From assembly GCA_027493955.1 (NCBI GenBank), contig JAOSJT010000001.1, forward strand, positions 3,960,586 to 4,024,585: 64,000 nt of DNA, written 5' to 3'. A model generated the notes under the pieces. The model had not been told where the DNA came from, did not search any database, and saw nothing but the letters and a program-made list of their open reading frames with translations. Below are positions 20,001-30,883 of this stretch, piece after piece. This stretch comes from Bacteroidia bacterium. Lineage in GTDB: Bacteria; Bacteroidota; Ignavibacteria; SZUA-365. Both the position numbers and the translations under genes were made by a program. How positions within the stretch are numbered: position 1 is the stretch's first letter; each line of letters opens with the position of its first letter.

Positions 20001-21512
20001 ATGAACGACAAAACAACAATCCCGAAACGGCTGCGGGCGCTACTGCCGCATAAGCGCTTCCATTGCCTGCGGACCATGCTCGCATTGCTCCTGCTGCTCT
20101 GCGCCACGAAGGCGTACCCGCAGGTGCAATGGACGGAAGTGAAATTGCCAAAATCCCCGAATATGACTTCATTTTCTAGTATGGTGTGGGCAGACTCGCT
20201 CCATGGATATCTCTTCGGGCGTTTCCACGGCGTAATACTAAAAACCTCCGATGGCGGTGCCAGATGGTTGCTTGATTTCCTACCACCAGGACCGGATTCA
20301 CTTATCTATCGTTCCGGGTTCGAATTCAGACACGCCGATTTCAAAGGCAGGGATTTCGGCGTTGTGACATTCAACAAATATGGCGGGCGGGATTCGTTGC
20401 TCTTCTATACAACGGACGGTGGCGCTACCTGGAGTTACCATCTGATCAAGATGAATTCTCCGTTTGAAAACACAATGAATCCTCCCGGTTCTCAATTGCG
20501 TGTTGACGCAAACCGTGCCCTGTTCCTGTATTACACGCGCCAATACGACGACGGTGTGATAGCCAATGTGATAACTCGCAGCGATGACTACGGCGCGACG
20601 TGGCGTGAACTCGGAGGCGACACCGTATCCGGAAGCGGCGACCTCATTAACTATTACGTCATGCTGGACTCGCTGACGCATTACCGCTTCACTACTTTGT
20701 GGGACATCGGTGACTTCAGTCGCTCCGAGGCGCGGGTCACAACCGATGGCAGGCGCAACTGGTCCGGTTTCCCCGAGTTGCATTATCTGTGGTTTATTGA
20801 TAATTCGGAAATTCAGGAAGTCCGGATGATCAATGATACCTCGGTATCGATTAGGCTTAGGGATCCCAACGGAAATGGCGGCCCATGCATTGTCAGCCGG
20901 GATATCCGCAATCACCTCACGCGTGAGGCATGGTATAACTATGGGCATCCGTATACATGGCCGAACGGGTGGAAGCAACCGGTATACGATTTGCTGTATC
21001 ACGACGGTACGTACATCGCCAGAATAACGGATTCCGTCATGGTCTTCCGGGAAAATCCACCGGAGCGCGCACAAAAATTGTACGTACCCGGAGGATATTA
21101 CGGCTCGTTTTACCTGCAACCGGGCGGTCGCGTGTGGCATTTGAATTGGGGAAAGCTCTGGGTCCTGGACTACCGGACCTTGGGCTCTGCTGTTACTCTC
21201 CCCGCGCCATCGCACGACATCGAGGGCTTCGAGTGCTATCCACAACCGTTTTCAAGCAGCTTGGGCGTGCTTACACTGCGCTTGAACAGCAAGCAGCGCC
21301 ATGCAGAGGTTGAACTCGCTGTATACGATTCGAATGGTAGGCGGTTGTATGATAGAGAAATCGGAGACATCGCGCCTGGCATGAGTGATGTGCATGTGGA
21401 TATGTCAGCAGCATCGTTCTCACAGTTACCCTCTAACGCGGTGCTGTTTATCGAATTACGAACTCAAAATCAACGCTTCTACACGAAATCACTGTTTCTC
21501 AAGAACAAGTAG
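20001..21512 (+). CDS. T9SS-secreted protein with BNR / Ycf48-like repeats
   Basis: Signal peptide (probable start ATG 20076, MLALLLLLCATKAYPQ). Repeats of the form S/TxDGGxxW (TSDGGARW, TTDGGATW, SDDYGATW). C-terminal Por sorting domain (ECYPQPFSSSLGVLTLRL...VYDSNGRRLY...). Confidence 0.7.
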   Translation: MNDKTTIPKRLRALLPHKRFHCLRTMLALLLLLCATKAYPQVQWTEVKLPKSPNMTSFSSMVWADSLHGYLFGRFHGVILKTSDGGARWLLDFLPPGPDSLIYRSGFEFRHADFKGRDFGVVTFNKYGGRDSLLFYTTDGGATWSYHLIKMNSPFENTMNPPGSQLRVDANRALFLYYTRQYDDGVIANVITRSDDYGATWRELGGDTVSGSGDLINYYVMLDSLTHYRFTTLWDIGDFSRSEARVTTDGRRNWSGFPELHYLWFIDNSEIQEVRMINDTSVSIRLRDPNGNGGPCIVSRDIRNHLTREAWYNYGHPYTWPNGWKQPVYDLLYHDGTYIARITDSVMVFRENPPERAQKLYVPGGYYGSFYLQPGGRVWHLNWGKLWVLDYRTLGSAVTLPAPSHDIEGFECYPQPFSSSLGVLTLRLNSKQRHAEVELAVYDSNGRRLYDREIGDIAPGMSDVHVDMSAASFSQLPSNAVLFIELRTQNQRFYTKSLFLKNK

Positions 21513-21524
21513 GAAAGGTGTGAC

Positions 21525-24500
21525 ATGAAGAATACGAAGTACCTGTTCACGGCATGTCTCTTCGTCATGATGACTGGAAACGCAATCGCACAGACCCCTG
21601 AGTTAAACGATTACTGGCAGAATTTCGTCTCAAGCGGGGCGAATATTCTCTCAGGCTACACTCCCGATCCTAATTCAGTAAATCTCGGCAGTAATATCGC
21701 AGGGTACCACTTGGGCCGCTTTGGCTTGCATGGTCTCATCTGGGGGCACCTGACCTGGGTGCGCTCGCCGGAGTATGCTGATCCGGCGACAACGGATGGG
21801 CTGCGCAGGTAGTATCTGCGAATTGCTAATGGTAAGATCGATACGATGACGAGCGCTCCGGTCTTCGAGGATATCAGTGGCTGCGGCGCTATCAGCTACA
21901 AAGGACCGACGCATGAGGCGATCACGAGATATCATGACGGGTTCTGGCATGATGGCGACATGATCGGTGGCGGGTATAAGGGCTGGGGCATGAAACGAAG
22001 CATGGATGCCATGGTGGCTCTACCCAGATATATGCCCCGCATACTCAAGGACGAGTGGTATCGCATGAAAATCCGCTGCGAAAACAGTCCGCCGCCGAGT
22101 ATGTTCACAACAATCACCATCTGGCTGGCTCCTGGCGGCTCGCCCTTCCCGAGTACGCCGCATTATATGCAGACGTATCGGGGGCTGGAAAAGGGAACAG
22201 AAGAGAATGCTCCGATATTACCTGTCACAGACGACGGATCGCTGCACATTGACCCTGTCAGCGGACTGCTGCAACCGCAGCGCGTATGGTACAGGAAAGG
22301 TACTGTGGCGATACTGTCCTGCTTTTCCAACATATCCGTGAAGAATCTGGCCGTGTTCAGAGGTACGGGCGGCAGCAGAACGCCGTTCTACAGTTTGCAG
22401 GTGCATGGTGCGGATTACACTGCCGATATCAACGATTTCTATGAACACTGGATTCGTGTCGGCGATGAAGATGTAAACGGCAGCGACCGCGACGTGTGGT
22501 CTGTGACTCTTGACAATGGTGAATACGTGATTCATACCACGGCAGCCAATGGGTATCCGATCGCTATGCCGGGTGCGCTGTATCGGCAGGATAACGAAGG
22601 CGTGTATGCTTCGGCATATCTGAAGTACAAGGACGAAGTTGACTTTACGAGCTTCAATCTGGAGGATTGTGAAATCGAATACGATTTGCGCATCGGCAAG
22701 CGCAACACCGGTTATGCTTAATCGGGCATGGCGTTTCATTTCACGAATCGAACAGGAGATCTCCATACCTACATCGACGGCAGAGAGCCAGACCTCGGCG
22801 TTGAGGGTGGTGTATTTGAAACCCCGGATGAAGTGACGGAAGGCGATGAATCCGTGGCCCTTCATAGCAGTGCCCAGTCCCTTGTGCGTTTTGGTCATTA
22901 CTACCGGCATTTGTACCGCTATCTCGCCGCAAATCTGCGTCCCGACAGAATGGAGGTGACACACCATCGCGAGAGCAAGGAGAAAAAAAATGATGCGGGG
23001 CAATTCGTAGAAAACAGCGGAGAGCTGTTCTATGGCGGCACTCCGTGGGATGCGTCCTTCAGCATTGATCCCGACTCACTCGCCTACTCCGAAGGGCATA
23101 ACTACGAAGGAGAAATGGCGGGAGCGATATTGCGCTTCAGCCGCTATATACTGGATCCGACTACACCGGCGGAGCTGAGTACGCATTTCGCCACGAATGC
23201 GAGCACCTACATCACGGCCATGAACGACAATTTGCTGGCGAAATGGATCAATGCCGCGCAACTGTATACCGGCAGCAGTGACCTGTTTTATGGCGCCAGT
23301 CAGAGCAACTGCTTGCTCGGCATCGGCAATCTCAACGACGGTCATATTTGGCGATACACGAAATCCCGTACAGGGAGTATGTTCCTGCATGCTCGCGGCT
23401 TATCCGGCATCACTCCAGCGTACTCTAATTTCTCCGATGCGTATTGCGATTACTATCACACGAAAATTGCCGATGCCTTCGTTCCCCAACAATACGATGG
23501 CAGAGACACCTGGCAATGGTATGACGGCGCCGGGTGGTGGGAAACGTATGACAACGGGATTATGGATGCAGCTCACTATGCGGGCGAGGTACGGCATGTG
23601 TTCATGGCGGACGAGTATGGCTTCCCCGAAATGGGCGACATCGGGTCGAAGATAGCAGACAATTTCGTGAATGCTATGTGGAACAGAGTTCTCCCCAATC
23701 CTCCGGAGAACCTGGTTGATCTGTACGAGTTCCGCCATCCCAATGAAAAGCACAAACTTTCTGACAAAGGAAACAGTTACGGACTCACGGACTACCCGTT
23801 GCTCGCAAAATACAATTTTACGGTGTGGGAAATTCTTAATGATTTCTACGCCCGTAAACCTATGCACCTGCGGAATTACGCACCAGCCTCCGCACAGATG
23901 GCCTATGCCGTGCGCTACGGTACGCCGCGCAATCTTCGCGCCGAGCCGCTCACCGTGTAGTCCTGCAATGATGGCCTCGTCTCGAACCTGCTTATCCGCT
24001 GGGATCCACCGTCGGATTATCCCTGTGGCTATCTTGATGGTCCATCGGGCGGCATCCGCCATGCGGGCACGCGCCTGCGCTGGTATCACATCGATCGCAA
24101 ACTCGCAAGCGATGCGGACTGGTCCGCCGCCGTGCGCTGGAGCATAGACATACCCACATTCCAGCAAGCCCACAAGTATCCCTTCCTGCTTGATCCCACT
24201 GCCGAGGTGGGGCAGAGTTATCAGTATCGTGTATGTACGCAAGACGCCTCAACGGGCATCACGAATCTTTCGGAATACTCCCCAACCCTCGACGTCACCT
24301 ATCCCGCCTATGCCGGTTACTATGACAGCAGAAATGACTTGCTCGAAATCGACCTCTTCCCCTGGCCGACGATACTGAGCGGCGAAACGCGCACGCTCGC
24401 CAAAGGCATTTACTATGCGCCGTTCAACATCCTGGTGGAAGAGGGCGGCACGCTCGTGCTCGATCCCGCCGTGCAGATCATTTTCGGCGATTTGTGCGAG

Positions 24501-26285
24501 CTGGAAGTGAAGGGCTCGTTCGTCGTCAACGGCAATCCGGACTGCGAGAGGGTAACGCTCACCGGTGTGGCCCCTCAATCGGGAGGCGGCGCCTCGGGCA
24601 GTTGGTGGGGTGTGTCGCTCTTTCCCTCCGCGACGCATGACATCGATTACGCCATCATCGAGAACGGAATCAACAATCTGGTGCTCTTCGATCCGGGCGG
24701 CGTTGTGAGCAACACCGCATTGCGCTACGCCTCACAACATGGCGTCATCATCAAAAACGCCGACGATTCCGGTCCCGCCGCACAATTGCTCGAGCAATGC
24801 GACATTCACGAAAACGGCTGGACCAATGTGTTTATGACACACGGAAGTCTCGATGCGGGAGGCCAACCGATACCGATCTACCCCATCATCCGCAACTCCA
24901 CCATCCGCCAGGCGCTCACCGGCGATGGTATACTTGTGGCCGATCAGGCATTTCCTCTCATTGAATACTGCGACATACACTCGAACGCGACGAATGGCAT
25001 TCGCTGCGAGCAAGTGCGCGGAGACGTTTTCGCCAACTCGAACGTCACTCTGTTGCACAGCAACATACACGATCACGAAAGCGGAGCGGGCGTATTCCTC
25101 CGAGGCAGCAATGGCCTGTTGCGCTTCAACGAGCTGTATGGAAATCTGCATGGCGTGTCGGCCAACGATGCGTCCATACTTCATGGTGCGCTGTCCTACG
25201 GCTCTGTCGGCGGTAATTCGCTGCATGACAATGATATTCACCTGCGAATAGAGAATTGTACCGGTATCTACATTGGGTTCCACTTCAGTTTGCTCGGCGA
25301 CAGTCGTGGCCACGGCAATACCTTTGTCGCGCCGGGCAGTTACCACATACAATCGGTAAATTCGGCGGGCTTCGCGCAGTGCAACAGTTACAATCCGTAC
25401 GACCCCTACGCCAATCCACCGCATTTCGACATCCCCGGTTTCCCGATGACGCCGGACATTGAAGTGTTGCCGCTCGGACCATGCGTCCCTCCCGGAGGTG
25501 GTACGCAAACGATATTGCCTAAAACCGTTGCATCCAACGAGCGTGCATTCACGCTCGGCACTTTGCCGATGTTGTTCGAAAAACACGACGATGCCTCGGT
25601 TCTGAAACTCCTGCAGACGTACGAGCTCGATCCGATATGCCGGCATGGCATACTCAGTTGGCTGGGCACCTACGCCGCGAGCGGCTCGCACAAGGATCGC
25701 TACCTCGCCATACTCGACTCACTGTCGCAATCCTGGCAGGGCGGCATGTTGGCGCAGGTACGCCATGCCGGAGTATCCGCCTTCGTCTCGCGCGGCGGCA
25801 TGCAGATGTCGCCGGGTTACGCTTCCTCAATATCCGACTCGGCATTGCACTCCTACATCACACTGAAAGCCGCAGTGACAAATTCGAAGGAGCTTTCTCC
25901 GATGGAGGTTCTCCAGGCGCAGATCCGGAACAACGATACCGTCAACAAAACGATGTCGCCGCTAACACCCGCAGCGGGAAACGGCGTCCCGGTCCCCAGA
26001 ATTTCCGTCAATGCCGGGCCGCCTCAGCCGGAGTATTCCGGACTGCTCGCATACCCCAATCCGGCGAGCGGTATGCTCAATCTCCGGGTGACAGATGCTC
26101 GTCGTTATGAGCAATGCAGGGTCACAGACTTGCTCGGACGAGTCGTCATGAAGGTAGATTTGCGTACGGTTACGGTTGAGGAAGGTTTGTACCGACTCGA
26201 CCTCTCCACGCTCCCCCGCAACCGCTATCTCGTCACGTTGTTCGGCGAAGATGGCACGGCGTGTAAAACGGTGGTGTTGCGCTGA
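21525..26285 (+). pseudogene. composite T9SS-secreted parallel beta-helix protein (about 1587 codons) interrupted by three in-frame stops: TAG 21810-21812, TAA 22719-22721, TAG 23958-23960
   Basis: ORFs 21525..21812, 21846..22721, 22728..23960 and 24132..26285 share one frame, and the gaps translate without further stops (the 23961-24131 gap reads ...SNLLIRWDPPSDYP...RWSID..., Fn3-like). Only the first piece has a signal peptide (MKNTKYLFTACLFVMMTGNAIAQ). Only the last has a T9SS CTD (AYPNPASGMLNLRV...). The middle contains pectate-lyase-like beta-helix repeats. Confidence 0.5.
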
Positions 26286-26343
26286 GGTCTTGCGCAAGGC
26301 ATTCCGATTCGAAGTTAATAGCTGGCCTTTCGGTCATAACAGC

Positions 26344-26384
26344 AAAACAGGAGAGCGTCCGGCTCTCCTGTTTTGCGTTTTGCG
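26344..26384 (+). terminator. rho-independent terminator after the composite cargo gene
   Basis: CAGGAGAGC-GTCCG-GCTCTCCTG followed by TTTTGCGTTTTGCG. Confidence 0.65.
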
Positions 26385-26452
26385 AAATTAGAGTTGAATT
26401 CCTGTAAAGTTCTGACGCTTTGTTTGCATGAAAATAAGCACGTGAATTATAA

Positions 26453-26511
26453 CGATGGTCCCTGAGCGAGGTCTCGGCTGCGCTCGACCATCGTCGAAGG
26501 GACGCTCAGCT
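26453..26511. repeat. REP-like imperfect hairpin carrying the GGTCCCTGAGCG motif
   Basis: CGATGGTC-CCTGAGCG...CGCTC-GACCATCG inverted repeat, followed by the GAAGGGACGCTCAG reverse copy of the motif. Confidence 0.6.
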
Positions 26512-26543
26512 ACTGACGAATGGCAATCACAGTCGGAGGGGAA

Positions 26544-27749
26544 CTATCGGACGACTGTGAACGGGTAGGTGGAGAGTGTGTTGTTGATACTGATGCACGC
26601 GATGTAATACCCGACCGGGAAGGTCGACACGAGAACACTACGCGTCAGAACAGCATCGTAATACTGAAGTTCCTCCGCATGAAATATTCGTCCGGTCAGA
26701 TCTCTGATAGATAATTGGATGTGCGCGGGCTTTGTATACGTAATCTCGACATTGACGAAGTCTTTTGGCGAGCTTGGGTAGACCGATAGCGATTGAAGTT
26801 GCTTTGGGTTCTCAACCAGGTTCGGTGTACAGCACGGAGAATTAATCTTGTTGTATCTGTTGTTGCCGGTAAATTCGTTCGGACAATAGAGCTTCCTGAG
26901 CGCACAGATATTGCGACAAGAAAGTTTGGTGGCTTGCGGGATATTTGCCTTCAGAATGTTTCTATACATTGGGTCGCTTTTCGAGTCTGGATACGTTGTG
27001 CTATTCTCACAAGGATTCCCAATTGCGTCGGGATTATCGTTTGGGTCACTTGTTTCGCCCACGCCATATCCATTAATGTGGCCGAGCCCTAAGCAGTGAA
27101 GGATTTCATGCAGCAGGACTGATTTGATCGAAACGCACGGTTTACCTCATATTGAGGGATTGTTGCATTCCGGTTGCCAGCACCACTCATTATTTCGCTT
27201 TCGATCTTGTGACAAATTCAACCACACGGAGGGGACGTCAGTAGAGGGATTTCTCCCCTCCATTTGTCCCGGAACCTCTCTCCCATCAATACCAGGCTTA
27301 TCAAAAGCTTGGGCAAATGTGGTGCCAAAAATTTCAATCGGCTCCGCTCCGTTCAGATTTTCGCAACTTTTTGAAATCGTGAGTCCTCCTGTTGTCGGGC
27401 ACACGCAATCATGAAGTTCATTTGTAATATCCTGCAGCGCCGAATTCACAGTCGCCTTGAAGTCGAAATTTAAACAAGTGATTCCTTTAATGGTTTCAGG
27501 GAGAAACTGCCACTCTCTGACACAAATGTTTCTGGCGACATGTTGGTAGGGTAGCACAAGCGGACCGGCGACAGGGGTTGTGCGGCCACACCAGAAAACA
27601 TTATCAGAATACTCAAGGTCTTCTACCTTCTCTTTCCCTCGGACGTAGTATGAATGAATCCAGGTTGGATCGCAGCCCGTTTGCGCGTACGTAACACTGA
27701 CGGGAGTAACGAGCAGAATGACGAGAATGATGATTCGTTTTGTAGTCAT
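26544..27749 (-). pseudogene. T9SS-secreted metzincin-type zinc metalloprotease interrupted by one in-frame TGA (27147-27149, minus strand)
   Basis: ORFs 27147..27782 (signal peptide MTTKRIIILVILLVTPVSVTYAQ) and 26544..27062 (T9SS CTD) are in the same frame. The 84-nt gap translates without stops as GKPCVSIKSVLLHEILHCLGLGHINGYG, which contains the HExxHxxGxxH metzincin zinc site. Confidence 0.5.
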
Positions 27750-27759
27750 GGCTGTAATC

Positions 27760-28698
27760 CTATTGGAGTCTGAGCATACCATTTCGCAACGTGCTGATGC
27801 AGTCCTCCAGATTTATCTGCGCACCACTGCGGAGAAGGAGATCGTTATCGAAGACCACATTTCCTACCACTGGCAATGCTCCCCTGACTCTTAAGTGATA
27901 GGAGGTATAGCTTGTTTGCGTACTCACGACGAATAAATCGAGAAAAACAATATATTGCTTCCCGACCTCCATCTTGCCTGGACCGGATTCGTAATACGTA
28001 AAACCCTTCGGGGCATAGTATCTGAATATACTGTCCGGCGGGCAGACCCAAGAAACGGGGATGCAGTTGCCGCTGCCTTCACCGATCGGATTTCCACAGA
28101 AATCGCTGTTCTGCAATCCACCAAAAATAGAAGTGATTATGGATATATCAGCGCAGTAGATTTCATTGAGATGCGGCGAACCAAAATATCTGGTCGTTGA
28201 GTCAATATGAACGCTTCTCGATTCAACGTTCACAAGATACACACCGCCGATATTGAAGTCTCTGAGCGTATCATAAAGATTTCTGGGAGATACGCGGTCG
28301 TAAAATGCATTTTGCAGGCTGCCGCCCAGATCCATATACGTCGATTTGTAGGCTGCGGGTTGTCGCCAATTTGACTCGTTTTCAGTGTGACGGAAGCGCA
28401 AATAATCGTAGTCCAGAGCTCGCAGCAGGGCTCTCATGCCGAGCGCGATGGAATCTTCACTGAGACTGTTGGCGAAGCTGTACAGCTCCTCCGGTGAATA
28501 AAGCTTACAGAGCGTATCCGCAACGATATACGTCGCGACAATGTCGAGCGGCATTTGGATCGAGTAACTTGGCCAGTTCGTAATTACCGCCGCATTCAGT
28601 ATCTCGCAGGTGCTGTCGCTTTTCATAAACAGCGGCTGGGAGTGCGAAGCTTGGGATATGCCGGCGGCAAGCAACACGAGTAAAACAGTGATACGCAT
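27760..28698 (-). CDS. secreted hypothetical protein
   Basis: ORF 27760..28743 with signal peptide from MRITVLLVLLAAGISQA. No recognisable domain. Confidence 0.45.
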   Translation of the reverse strand: MRITVLLVLLAAGISQASHSQPLFMKSDSTCEILNAAVITNWPSYSIQMPLDIVATYIVADTLCKLYSPEELYSFANSLSEDSIALGMRALLRALDYDYLRFRHTENESNWRQPAAYKSTYMDLGGSLQNAFYDRVSPRNLYDTLRDFNIGGVYLVNVESRSVHIDSTTRYFGSPHLNEIYCADISIITSIFGGLQNSDFCGNPIGEGSGNCIPVSWVCPPDSIFRYYAPKGFTYYESGPGKMEVGKQYIVFLDLFVVSTQTSYTSYHLRVRGALPVVGNVVFDNDLLLRSGAQINLEDCISTLRNGMLRLQ

Positions 28699-28873
28699 AT
28701 GATTATCCTTATAAAAGTACGGTGCAAAATACTCGCAGGGCATACAAAAGTCAAGCCAACTACCATATTGGGGTCGCAGGCAGGTCGGAATGGTTGCATG
28801 TGGGCTGTGTGAGTAGAAATGGGATCAGTATCAACCGCAAACGAGAATGCAATGAACGCCAAGAAAGCATGGT

Positions 28874-28918
28874 CGAAGGGCGGTCCCTGAGCGTGGCTTC
28901 GACGGTCCCCGAGTCAGG
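28874..28918. repeat. third copy of the GAAGGGCGGTCCCTGAGCGTG dispersed motif, partly duplicated (GACGGTCCCCGAGTCAGG)
   Basis: Matches the 19755-19775 copy at 19 of 21 positions. Confidence 0.7.
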
Positions 28919-29004
28919 TGACCATTCCGCCGGGCGGAAGTCGGTGACTATCGAATGTGACATCGAATTGGGATGAAAAATCTATCAAATATAGTCACTC
29001 TGTG

Positions 29005-29068
29005 CTTCGGCCGAGGCCCACCCCCATCATGTAGAGACGTTGCATGCAACGTCTCTACATGGCCGAAG
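29005..29068. promoter_or_regulatory. perfect 28-bp palindrome (GTAGAGACGTTGCATGCAACGTCTCTAC) nested in an outer CTTCGGCC/GGCCGAAG inverted repeat, about 165 bp upstream of a cargo gene start
   Basis: Read directly from the sequence. Candidate operator or 5' UTR hairpin. Confidence 0.6.
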
Positions 29069-29230
29069 GGGCCGTGCATTCCCTTTGCTGAAGAGACAAC
29101 AAAAGCTATCGGCATGCATAATAACCTTGATTCCTGGTCGGATGCTGTGTACTTTGCCGTTTCGCTGGTCGTCGCCGGGCAAATAGTCATTCGTCATCCC
29201 GCATTCGTGCCACAAACCGAGGATATCGAC

Positions 29231-30883
29231 ATGAACTTTCGTAGTACCTTGTTGCTTCTCCTTCTCGTCCTCGTTTCATCCGGTCTGATCGCGCAACCTT
29301 CACTGCCCAAGACCCCGAAGGAAGATATGTCCGGCCGCATTTCTCCTGGCAATCTCACCATGTGGTTTTCCAACAACGGCATCCTGTCCTTCGATCCGAT
29401 GCGTGTTGCTGCGGGACTGGAGTGGCCAACAGGTTCGGGGAAGTTCCTGGCCTTTTCCGAGGGATTACTCTTCGGTTGCCGGAATCCGGAGCCGTCGGTG
29501 GGCGGAGCCAATTACATTTCCGGCTTGCAACCTGGCAACATCCTCGCAGACGGACAGGCAAGCGATCCCGCCGATCCGGCGCACCGCATCTACATGGTTC
29601 GCAGAATGGACCGGACGTCCTTCGAAAACCTGAGTAGAGTCGAACAGTCGCGGTACATTTTGGACTTTCAGGAATGGCCGGTGCATCTGGGCGCTCCGTG
29701 GATTGACGGAAACAGAGACGGCATGTACGAAGCGGATTTTGACGCCTGGCTCGAAGGCACACCCGGCCAGGATTGCCCGAAATTTCCGGGAACGGAAGCG
29801 GCGTGGTTCGTCATGAACGATCTCGACAGCGCGCGCACGACGAAGCTGCACGGCTCCGATCCCGTGGGCGTCGAAATCCGCATGCTGATCTGGGGTTCGG
29901 ATGAAGCCGGCGTCCCGGCAAATACACTCGTGCGCGACATCAAAATCATCAACCGGAGCGGGGCCACGCTGAATGACGTCTACCTGTCCTGGTGGGTGGA
30001 TCCAGAAGTCGGCGACCCCTTGGACGATTTCGTCGGAGTCGACACCATCCGCAATATGGCCTACGCGTACAACAGCAGGGATCACGACAACGAATACGGC
30101 GTTGCACCGGCTATCGGCTGGAGATTGCTGCAGGGTCCGGTAGTCCGCGATCCAAACTCGGTGGCGCTGTATGATTACGGCTGGAAGCAAGGCTACCGCA
30201 ATCTGCCGCTGAGCAGCTTCGTGCATTATATAAACACCGACGCGGTGTACCGCGACCCGGAACTGAGCGATGAAAGCGGCGCTACACAGTGCTACAACAA
30301 CATGCAGGGGCTGACGTGGAACGGCGCGCCGTTCGTCAATCCTGTGAGTAACAAAACGAGCGTATTTACCCTCAATGGCAATCCCCTGACGGGCAGCGGC
30401 TGGGTGGACGGCATCGTGAATCCACCCGACGACAGGCGCATGATGATGAGCACCGGTCCGATATCTCTCGCCGACGGGGAAGAGCAGCAAATCATTATCG
30501 GATCGGTGGCCGCGCTGGACACCTCCGCGAAAGCGAGTGTCTATAAATTACTCGTCAACAGTGATGAATTCCTGAATTTTTTACTGCGCCATGTGACGTC
30601 GGCGTCGGCACCGGCAGCGATCCCACACTTTGCCATTTCGGACGTGTTTCCCCAGCCCGCAGCGGACAGGATAACAGTGCGCTTCGATGTGGACAGTCCG
30701 CAGCACATCACGCTTGACGTGTACGACATGCTGGGCCGGCGACTGCGGCGCCATCTCGATCTGTCCACTGCCGCAGGCAGCCACAGCAGCACAATCACAA
30801 CGAGCGGCTGGGCTCCGGGCATGTATATACTCCGAATGCAAGGTGCACAGGGGAGTGTGAGCAGGCGCTTTGTCGTACGATAA
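29231..30883 (+). CDS. T9SS-secreted hypothetical protein
   Basis: ORF 28973..30883. Signal peptide from ATG 29231 (MNFRSTLLLLLLVLVSSGLIAQ). C-terminal Por sorting domain (ISDVFPQPAADRITVRFDV...GMYILRMQG...). Confidence 0.65.
   Translation: MNFRSTLLLLLLVLVSSGLIAQPSLPKTPKEDMSGRISPGNLTMWFSNNGILSFDPMRVAAGLEWPTGSGKFLAFSEGLLFGCRNPEPSVGGANYISGLQPGNILADGQASDPADPAHRIYMVRRMDRTSFENLSRVEQSRYILDFQEWPVHLGAPWIDGNRDGMYEADFDAWLEGTPGQDCPKFPGTEAAWFVMNDLDSARTTKLHGSDPVGVEIRMLIWGSDEAGVPANTLVRDIKIINRSGATLNDVYLSWWVDPEVGDPLDDFVGVDTIRNMAYAYNSRDHDNEYGVAPAIGWRLLQGPVVRDPNSVALYDYGWKQGYRNLPLSSFVHYINTDAVYRDPELSDESGATQCYNNMQGLTWNGAPFVNPVSNKTSVFTLNGNPLTGSGWVDGIVNPPDDRRMMMSTGPISLADGEEQQIIIGSVAALDTSAKASVYKLLVNSDEFLNFLLRHVTSASAPAAIPHFAISDVFPQPAADRITVRFDVDSPQHITLDVYDMLGRRLRRHLDLSTAAGSHSSTITTSGWAPGMYILRMQGAQGSVSRRFVVR

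Noticed and set aside
27147-27149. Selenocysteine at the in-frame TGA of the metzincin gene
   Set aside because: There is no obvious SECIS-like stem-loop immediately downstream on the coding strand, and the position (before HExxH) is not a known Sec site. I cannot exclude it without a genome-wide sel gene check.
21525-27782. Alternative genetic code (stop-codon reassignment) explaining in-frame TAG/TAA/TGA
   Set aside because: Well-conserved genes in the same window end with TAA (argF, arcC, pyrB, rocD, sdhA, sdhB, flotillin), TGA (cPGS-like, AspAT fusion, mmdC) and TAG (PckA-like) at the expected C-termini.
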